From: Eledone cirrhosa
Taxonomy: Eukaryota
Direction of reading: 5' to 3'
DNA: 64,000 nt
NCBI GenBank assembly: GCA_964016885.1
Contig: OZ024757.1
Location: 36,766,001-36,830,000, forward strand
Part shown: one piece after another, positions 55,058-64,000 of the stretch
Layout of the letters: each line of letters starts with the position of its first letter
How positions within the stretch are numbered: the stretch's first letter is position 1
Translations under genes and position numbers: made by a program
Notes under the pieces: generated by a model
Told to the model about the DNA's origin: nothing
Database searches by the model: none
Seen by the model: only the letters and a program-made list of their open reading frames with translations

Positions 55058-55291
55058 CGATACATCAACGGCTTCTTTGGCTTGTGCTATGTCCATTGCT
55101 ATTTGATCTCTTAATCTTCGAAATTCATGAAAATCTGCAAACTCAGAAGGAGACTCCAAACTTTGGCAATATTTGTCAGATAGATCTTGTCTGGGTAATT
55201 GGTAGATCAGTTGTAAGTCTCGATAGCGTTCTCCTTGAGCAGAAATACGAGGTACTTTGTGATTGGGAAGCTGATCCATGTATTCGGAAAT
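55058..55291 (-). CDS. PET-LIM gene, exon C (PET domain core)
   Basis: tttcttttcag|ATT...TCG|gtatgt; 234 nt, phase 0/0; ISEYMDQLPNHKVPRISAQGERYRDLQLIYQLPRQDLSDKYCQSL...FRRLRDQIAMDIA, PET-domain consensus of the LIMPETin type. Confidence 0.93.
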
Positions 55292-55861
55292 CTGAAAAGA
55301 AATGATTTTTTTTCGAAAATTCAGACGAACAGATTTAAATACAATAGAAGAGTATCAGAACCCATGCAAACATGGGCAATAGACGTTAAATGGCGATGAT
55401 GATAATTCTAATACAATTTACCAGTCTTAGCAATTTGAGGTCTGGTCTCACAACTGCCCAGGTCTTTCTTGAGGTTGATAAATAAAGTACCGGTCATCTA
55501 ATAGGGTCGAATCTACCTCTATCCCTCTACGTTTTTCTTGGAGAGATCGACTGTGTTCTAATTAAGTGCGGGATGCACACTATCCTGGCGGGGAGTCTTG
55601 TGCTCTGTCACTTTATTTTTAAAACCCTGTTATATGTTAGCAGAAAATATCTAAATTTGCATTTTTATAAAATTATGGTTTGCATAAGAGAGTTCATGTT
55701 GATTAATGGCATGTGGAAGTGATTAAGGATATGAAGTGAAAAAATGATTAATAAATATTTTATTACTAGGATATTATTCAGCATATATATATGTGTGTGT
55801 GTGTATGCAAATGACATACAGGATTAATAAATGTTTTATTACTAGGATATATATATTTATA

Positions 55862-56232
55862 GTGATCAGGAGACTCACCCAGATGGTGGATGGGTGCTAC
55901 ACAAGAATGCTGAGGATGGCTCTGAACATTAATCAGTATGCACTGAGGATGAAGAACCGAGAGCTGTACGGGAGCCTCCCAAAAGCCAGCTCGAAAGTGA
56001 TACAAGAGAAGACTAAGGCTAACTGGACATGCTCACCGACATTCAGAGTTGACACTGCACTCAGTGGTCCTGTGGGAGCCCCTATATGGACACACCGGAA
56101 GAGGGAGAATGAAGATGACATTTGTTGATGCCCTAAGGAATCTCTGGGAAACGCGGGACATAGTGGCGATGACGAAGGACAGAGATCACTGGAGAAACCT
56201 CTTCCATGGATCTCGGGAATTTTACCCGCTCT
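55862..56232 (+). mobile_element. RTE/RTEX-type LINE 3' fragment (third family), frameshifted
   Basis: DGCYTRMLRMALNI...NRELYGSLPK...LWEPLYGHTGRGR...DRDHWR. Confidence 0.8.
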
Positions 56233-56959
56233 AGATATATATATATACATTTATGTATATATTCAATTAGAGAAAGTTGGTTGATTTAAAACCAGAGTGA
56301 TTTTTATATGTTTATTATTATTGTTATTATATATATATAAAATGTATGAGTAACTGGGGAGAAATAACTATTTACAAGGACAAATGTAGGGTTAGAACCA
56401 GACTCTTTATTGTGGCAACATCACTGAGATAGGAAATGCTTTTGTGAGTATGTATGTGTGTGTATACATTTTAAAGATATCCATATATATAACTATACAA
56501 ACACACAGGATGTATTATGGTTAATGATTGTAGCAACAGGAGTGATATAGGAAATATATCATGCATATGTTTCCATGTGTGTGTATGTATACATGTATAT
56601 ATATATATCTACATATGTATATGTTTGTATGAGTAAATAAATGAGTTACAGGCGGATATATATATATCTATACACATATATATATATATATATATACATA
56701 CATATATGCACACACACGCATGGTGCATTACTATGGTTGCTTTTTAATCGTTTTCTCGTGTAGTTGTTAGTTATTTCCCTTGAATAGACTTTGTTAAAAC
56801 GAATGTGTAACGCCCGGGGAAGGAGTCTCTTGAAGTGAAATGGCTGATACAACATAAGATGTCGCCGACTGTTATGGAAGACAATATTTTCACCATCTCA
56901 TCGATCCACAGGGCGTAGCTGAGATATATTGTCTCACCGAGGGTATAGAGATCGAATAC

Positions 56960-57430
56960 AAGCGGCCGAAATGGGGTTGCTCTGAAAGGTCTTTGGAATA
57001 ACATTACTCGATAGAATGTGTAGCTCGGAGATCAGAGAGTCACTCCAGGTAGAGCCACTACTTCTCCGAAATGAGAGATCACAGCTCCGATAGTATGAAC
57101 ATGTGGTTAGAATGTCTCAGGAAAGAATGTGTAGCTCAGAGATCAGTGAGTCACTTCAGGTAGAGCTGTTACTTCTCTGAATTAAGAGATCACAGCTCTG
57201 ATACTGTGGGCTTGTGGTTAGAATGTCTCAGGAAAGAATCGCTGGACAGATTTTATAGGCAAAACCAACCCACAGGAGACCCAAGGGTAGATCCCATAGC
57301 AAGATGGTTGGATAACATCCATGAGCTTGGCTGGTCTCATTAGGGGATTCAGCCGGATCAATTGCAGATGGTAGCTTCTGACAGGACCTACTGGAAGGAG
57401 CCCCATGACCCTGCCAGGAATAAGTGGGCA
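56960..57430 (+). mobile_element. RTE LINE family 2 fragment with internal ~111-bp duplication; relatives at 58470-58780 (-) and 63710-63840 (-)
   Basis: CSSEIRESLQVEPLLLR.ERSQLR motif occurs twice; shared tail. Confidence 0.75.
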
Positions 57431-59002
57431 CAGAAGAAGTGAAAGAAAAAGAAGAGGAAAAAATAATAATAATAATAATAAGCAGGAGGAGGGTGTGTAG
57501 AGGTGGTCCTGTGATGTAGAATAATTGATACAACAGCGGGTATCGTTGGCTATTCTCTGTAACAATGCTTTCGCCATCTTGTCGTCTGTAGGATCTAACT
57601 AAACTATACCCCCCAGTCTAAGGTGTGGAATATACCACCTCCCCATTTCTTCGCCCTCTTTTTTTTTCATTTATTTTTCTTTTTGTCACTATAGTAAATT
57701 ATATATTTTAAAAAAAATTTAATAAATTAAGTATTATTTCAACGAAAAAATTATTTATGATGTATATAACTTTTATAAATAACTCTGGTTTTCTATCACA
57801 GAGTTATATCCCTTGCTGAAGTCAACTCATCAACAGAGGAGAGCTGACATTAACTATTTCGTGGGCCAAATTTAACAAATCTCACCCTTTTTAAAAAGGC
57901 ATTTAAACGTGAACTTTTAGATTTGGCCATACTAAAATTTTTGGTAATGTTTATTTAGATGGTGGGATCTTTCCCCTTTCATTCAAACATTTCATTGGTA
58001 ATGTTGCAAGCGTGTTGACTCGCCTTAAAGTATTCCATTCTCCCTCATCATGTGCGGCCGATTGTCGCACCTGGTGGTGAAGTGATGGTTGTTTTGTTTA
58101 ACTTTATATATTTTTTAAGTATTGTATATATTATTTGTATCTATTTTCCAAGTTCAAATACTGCCAAAGTCAAGTTTGCCTTTCATCCTGCTCGGGGTTA
58201 TAAAATAAAGTACTAGTATCAGCTTTTCCCTGCGCCTACTCCAATTTTTTGTCGTATAGAATGCTTTGTTTCGGTTCTCTGCTCTCTGAGTTCGAATTGC
58301 ACCGAGATCAACTTTGTCTTTCATCGATTTGAGGTTGATAAAAAAAAAATTACCAGTCTAATACTGGGGTATATTCTTTCTCTGTATCTCTTTCTCATTA
58401 CCATTTCCTCACACTCTCTCTTTCCTTCTCTGGAGACGAGATGGGGTCCGTCAGGTTTTAACTTCTTTTTTGCCCACTTATTCCTCAGAGGGCCATGGGG
58501 GCAGAGTCTTCAACAATTGATCCGGTTGGATCCCCAAGCGAGACCAGCTGAGCTCATGGATGTTATCCAACCATCTTTCTCAGGGTATATATACCCTTGT
58601 GTCTCCTGCTAGTTGGTTTTGCCCTGAAAACTTGTCCAGTGATTCTTTTATGAGTCATTCTAACCATATGGCCATTGTACTGGAGCTGTGATCTCTCAAT
58701 TCGGAGAAGTAGTTGCTCTACCTGGAGTGACTCTCTAATCTCCGAACTACACACATTACTCCAAAGACCCTTCTGAGGAGCTCCATTTTGGCTGCTTGTA
58801 TTTGCAATCATATTCAAGTGGCTGAAACGGTCTTTTTTAATTGGTGTTCGAAATTCCAGACAAACTTCAAATCAATTAACAGGATGAGATCACTCAAGCT
58901 TATCTACTCTCAGAGCTTGACAGCCCATCCAACACATCAGCATGGAAAATGGATGTAAAAATAATGGTAATGATGATGATGAAGATGATATAAAATACTC
59001 AC

Positions 59003-59174
59003 CTGTGAATGTGAAAGCCCAGAAGGAACCCAGGTAAAACCTTCTCGCAATGTGTTTTCTTTTATCTGTTCATTGTTCATTTTTGGCCAACCTAGGCGAT
59101 CACGAACATCAATAAATTCACAGTGGTAGACATCGTGTGATTCTCGAGGACACCGGCATAATTTGCAAATATTT
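59003..59174 (-). CDS. PET-LIM gene, exon B (end of Cys-rich region, start of PET domain)
   Basis: tttctctccag|A AAT ATT TGC...CAG|gtgagt; 172 nt; (R)NICKLCRCPRESHDVYH...EGFTWVPSGLSHSQ, equivalent to Prickle/Testin CxxCxCPREEH...WVPPGL. Confidence 0.93.
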
Positions 59175-59569
59175 CTGGAGAGAAAATAAATAGATAAATC
59201 CAAAATGGTAATTCCATCACAGACATATCAGATATGTATTTAACCATTTCCTTACCAAATTTCTAACACTGCCTATAATTTTCAAATAATTTTGAAAATA
59301 ATGAAGAATTTTAAGGGATTTAGTAAAATAATTTTCTCATATATAAGAGGGTGTTTGAAAGTTAACAAAGATTCTTACATAAAATCTAAGTTTGTAGATT
59401 GTTTTTCTCTCTGTTACTGCTGATACAAAAGGATGACATTAGTCATCTAGAACACATGGCATCATGAGGCTGTTTGCTTGCAAATGAAATAATAATTATT
59501 ATAATATTATTATTCACTCACAAATGCTAACAGTTTAATATTATAGAAGCAAGGTTAGTTTCGAGCTGT

Positions 59570-60350
59570 TTAACCCTTTAGCATTTACATTACTCTATAT
59601 ATACTATTGCATTTTCACAGTAAACTCTTTATCTCACATAATTATCTCATATAGTATCGAATCTATGAGATTTTGATGTTATTTATTTTGAGAACAATAC
59701 CTTAATATAAGTATGAGCAACTGGTTACAGCCAGTTTGAACAGAGAGAGGTGAGAGAATTCTGGTCGGTTTGAACAGAGAGAGGTGAGAGAATTCTGGTC
59801 GGTTTGAACAGAAAGAGCTGAGAGAATTCTGGCTGGATATGGCTGGTTTGAACAGAAAGAGGTGAGAAAATTCTGGCCAGATAAAGCCAGTTTAAATAGA
59901 AAGAGGTGAGAGAATTCTGGCTGGATATGGCCGGTTTGAACAGAAAGAGGTGAGAAAATTCTGGCTGGATATGGCCGGTTTGAACAGAAAGAGGTGAGAG
60001 AATTCTGGCTGGATATGGCCGGTTTGAACAGAAAGAGGTGAGAGAATTCTGGCTGGATATGGCCGGTTTGAACAGAAAGAGGTGAGAGAATTCTGGCTGG
60101 ATATGGCTGGTTTCAACAGAAAGAGGTGAGAGAATTCTGGCCAGATATGGCCGGTTTGAACAGAAAGAGGTGAGAGAATTCTGGCTGGATATGGCTGGTT
60201 TGAACAGAAAGAGGTGAGAGAATTCTGGCCAGATATGGCCGGTTTCAACAGAAAGAGGTGAGAGAATTCTGGCCAGATATGGCCGGTTCCAACAGAAGGA
60301 GGTGAGAGAATTCTGGCCAGATACAGCCAGTTTGAATGCTAAAGAGTTAA
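59570..60350. mobile_element. piggyBac-type MITE A expanded by an internal 44-bp minisatellite
   Basis: TTAA-ccctttagcatt ... aatgctaaagag-TTAA; unit ggtttgaacagaaagaggtgagagaattctggctggatatggcc repeated ~12-13 times. Confidence 0.9.
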
Positions 60351-60400
60351 TATTAAAAAGGTGTATATTAATTTTGTCTACCACCTTTCCTAATACTCAC

Positions 60401-60486
60401 CTCCAGGTATGACTCTTAAAACCAGGACATCTATCACCACATTCCATGCATGGTTGATTCTCATCAACTTCATAAATAGCTATTAC
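60401..60486 (-). CDS. LIMPETin/Limpet-like PET-LIM gene, coding exon A (N-terminal Cys-rich region)
   Basis: gttgcag|GTA...TGGAG|gtgagt; translates VIAIYEVDENQPCMECGDRCPGFKSHTW(R), matching the Testin/Prickle3-type C-x2-C-x3-C-x-GF-x2-H-x-WR motif; ends in phase 2, matching the next exon. Too short for the ORF track. Confidence 0.9.
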
Positions 60487-61386
60487 CTGCAACAACAACA
60501 ACATCAAATTAATTAATTATTTACTTAATTAATTATATAATTAATTATAAATATAAAGTGAATTTAATTAATATCTTATTCAGCTTGGAAAGTAGGTAGG
60601 TAGATGGTGGTGGTGATGGTGATGGTGGTAGTAGCTGAGGTGGTAGTTGTAGTGGTGGTGGTGGTTGCGGAGGTGATCGTGGTAGTGGCTGTGCTGGTGG
60701 TAGTAGCAGTGATGGTAGTCATGGTGGTAGTGGCAGTGAATATGGTAGTGGAGGTGGTAGCAGTTGTAATGGTAGTGGTTGTGATGATGGTAGTGGCTGT
60801 GATGGTGGCAGCAGTGGTATGGTAGTGGTAGTGGACGTGGCAGCAGTAGTTATAGCGATGATGATAATGATAATTCTTGGAGGGAGGGAGGGATGAAAGT
60901 TGATTATATGAACCCCAGTATTTTACTGATACCTGTATTATATAAACCCCTGAAAGGATATAAGGCAGCATTTGAACTCAGAATGTAGAAAGTTGTAACT
61001 ATAAATATGAAAAACATTTTATATGATGCTCTACCGACTTTGCTAGTCCACTGCCCTTAAGATGATGAGAATCATGATAATGGTGATGGTGATGGTGATG
61101 GTGGTGATGGTGATGGTGGTGGTGATGATGGTGGTGATGATGGTGGTAATAGGGGTGGTGGTGATGGTAATGGTGGTGATAAACATTCCAACACTTCTTT
61201 CTTAACAATTAGTTGGCAACACATATATATACATACACATATATATACATATATATACACCTACATATATATACATACATACATATATATATATATATAC
61301 ATATATACACACACACACACATATATATATATATACATACATGCACACACATATATACATACAAACACACACACATATATATATAC

Positions 61387-61497
<111 letters not shown>

Positions 61498-61710
61498 TAT
61501 ATATATATATATACACACACACACGCACATATATATATGTATATATATATAATTTGCCTCTCAGCTAACAACCAATCAGTAAAGTTATAAAGCTGCTGTT
61601 CACATGTTGTTGTTGTTGCTATCACCCTGACCCAGACAATAATACCAACTACATATATATAACCCACTAACTGACCAACTGGACAACTGGCAGACAAATA
61701 TTACTTAAAT

Positions 61711-61754
<44 letters not shown>

Positions 61755-62490
61755 GATGATGATCATCATTATGTGTTAACCTCTATTTTCCATGCTAGCT
61801 TGGGTTAAACAGGTTGCCCTATATATATATACATATATATATATACATTATTTTTATATTTATATAAACATGGTGGCTGTCAACTTGTTTTCGAGTACGG
61901 CCACTACTTTATATCCATGTAGGAGAACCCCCACCGATGCGCTGAACGAGTGAGACTTTTTAGTCCAGCCAGCGACTTGAAAACTCTGGTACAAACACTA
62001 CACTTGTGACAATTATTGACACATAGTGCTGGGCCCATGGTACCATGTGATGACAAGTGCAGAGAGATCTCCAGATATAAAGCAATGCCTGTGCCGTGAA
62101 GCTTTTATAGTGAGCAAAGGCACTGCACAAAGCCAGTTCCACTCTCTTAACCAAGATGATATTTACCAAAAAGAACAAGTCAACATCATTGGATACCATT
62201 AGGGTTACAGGCGTTATATCAGAGTTTTCCTTCTCCTAGAATTCTGCCTTGTCAAAGGCTAAGGGGTCATCTCTCCCTGTGATTTTGAATGGCCATTGAC
62301 TCTTAAGAGCTCCTTTGCCCTTTGACAGGTTTTGTTTTTAGTCCTGCAGGATGTCCAAAGTCACCCCCCTCACCAAGAAACCTTGGAGGAGTTGCCAGTT
62401 TAGTTGCCAACGACCCGACCATGAGACAGGTTGTACTGGGATACATGTTACCTGTAGTACCAACTGGTGACCTGACATATATATATATAA

Positions 62491-62845
62491 TGGAGGCACA
62501 TGGCTTAGTGGTTAGAGCATTAGCCTTGCAATCGAAAGGTTGTGAGTTCAATTCTCAGACCGGATAATGTGCTGTTTCCTTGAGCAAGACACTTTATTTC
62601 ACATTGCTCCAGTTTACTCAGCTGTAGAAATGAGATGATAGGGACTGGGGTCCATATCATTCCACTGCAAAGTGATCGTGGAAGTGCCACAACAAAAAAA
62701 AAAAAAAGCACCCAGCACTCACTGTAAATGAGGTTGGGGTTAGGAAGGGCATCCAGCTGTAGAAATCAAGCCAGAATCAGTTCCCGTCCCACCCTTGCAA
62801 GCAGGGAAAAAGCGGATCTAAAATAAAATGATGATGAATGATGAT
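62491..62845 (+). mobile_element. SINE family A, full length
   Basis: A/B boxes plus RTE-type tail. Confidence 0.9.
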
Positions 62846-63412
62846 ACATATATATACATACATATATGTCGAAACCAACCCAAACTCAGTTCTGTATTAG
62901 CAAGGCATGGTCACCTGACGTAACATTGGCCAACTCATCTAACCCATGTTAGCATGGAAGAATGGACCTAAAACAGTGGTGATGATGATGATGATATATA
63001 TATATATATGTGTGTGTGTGTGTCTGTGTTGTAAACATTTTTCCTTAAATATAAGACAATTCTTTCAACTAAGGATGATATAGTATATATTTAATAAAAA
63101 ATCTCAACTTCAAAAGAAAAGTTATCTTAATAAACAAAGGTTGGCATTCTGTTTGAAAAGGAAACATCTGTTGCCTTCCCAAAATACATCGCAACCGCTC
63201 CCTGTAGGTTCATCCTTCATAAATTTATTAGGAAATGGTAAACAAGTCAGACTGACTTCACAACACATTCAATAAGTGTGTAAGTATTATCATTATTATT
63301 GGCATCCGTTGGTCTCGAGAGACCATGGATCTGTGCCTGGAGAATGTTGTGTGAGCTGCTGATGGTGGTGCAGTGTCAGCTGTGGCTGTACAGGGTAAGT
63401 CTTATCCTTATT

Positions 63413-63580
63413 GGCAGTGGATTGGCAGTATCGGTAGAATGTAAGACACCATGCTTTGCAGCAGAGAGTTATGGCCCTTTACGTTCCGAGTTCAAATCCC
63501 ACCGAGGTTAACTTTGCCTTTCACCCTTACGGGGTCGATAAATAAAGCACCAGTAATGCGCTGGGATCGATTTAATCGAC
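63413..63580 (+). mobile_element. Family-B SINE (well-preserved copy)
   Basis: ggcagtggattggcag...gagttcaaatccc...tttgcctttcacccttacggggtcgataaataaagcaccag. Confidence 0.8.
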
Positions 63581-63892
63581 CCCCCCCACCCACCCACCCC
63601 CCAAAAAAAACATTGCTGTAGAAATTATTATTGGCATCCGCCGGTCTCAAAAGATCATGGATCTGCGTCTTGAGAATTTTGTGTCAGTTGGTGATGGTGG
63701 TGCACATAGTATCAGAACTGTGATCTCTCAATTCGGAGAAGTAGTGGCTCTACCTGGAGTGACTCTTCAAGCTACACACTTTATCCAGTAATGTTACTCC
63801 AAAGATCCTTCAGAGGGAAGCATGCCAGACCATGATTGCTCTAGACTATACAACCTTATTCTAGTCCATTGCATCATATATATATACAGGGT

Positions 63893-64000
63893 GAAGGTGT
63901 GTGGCTGAGTGGTTAGAGAATTGGATTCGCAATCGTAAGGTTGTGAGTTCGATTCCTGGACCAGGCGATGCGTTATGTCCTTGAGCAAGCCACTTTATTT
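63893..64000 (+). mobile_element. SINE family A-related head, truncated by the window edge
   Basis: tggctgagtggttag...gagttcgattcc...tccttgagcaagccactttattt. Confidence 0.8.

Noticed and set aside
61550-63290. Candidate start exon or promoter of the PET-LIM gene (CCAAT/TATA-like at ~61571-61590; short ORF near 63220)
   Set aside because: No convincing phase-0 donor on the minus strand; the first exon probably lies outside the window.

Overview
Eukaryotic, AT-rich, microsatellite-saturated genomic DNA. The (TA)n load and the SINE/LINE repertoire suggest an Octopus-type coleoid cephalopod (inference). One protein-coding gene runs on the minus strand through nearly the whole window: a PET+LIM domain gene of the LIMPETin/Limpet/LIM-9 (Prickle/Testin superfamily) type. 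Five phase-consistent GT-AG exons were found: 60486-60401, 59174-59003, 55291-55058, 40466-40251 and 129-<1. The last intron is ~40 kb, the start exon was not found, and the gene continues off the left edge. The introns hold RTE and CR1 LINE fragments, two tRNA-derived SINE families, piggyBac-, hAT- and mariner-type MITEs, and several TE-derived minisatellites. The most striking unannotated layer is a Penelope-like (PLE) system. It comprises several short fold-back insertions in (TA)n tracts that carry minimal type I hammerhead ribozyme motifs, often with the inversion point at a ribozyme helix, plus two heavily decayed PLE ORF relics (an RT half and a GIY-YIG half). The RTE ORF2 also carries a C4HC3 PHD-type finger inside its RT domain. 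Almost all ORF-track entries are microsatellite artefacts. Repeat boundaries are approximate and all folds and alignments were done by eye.
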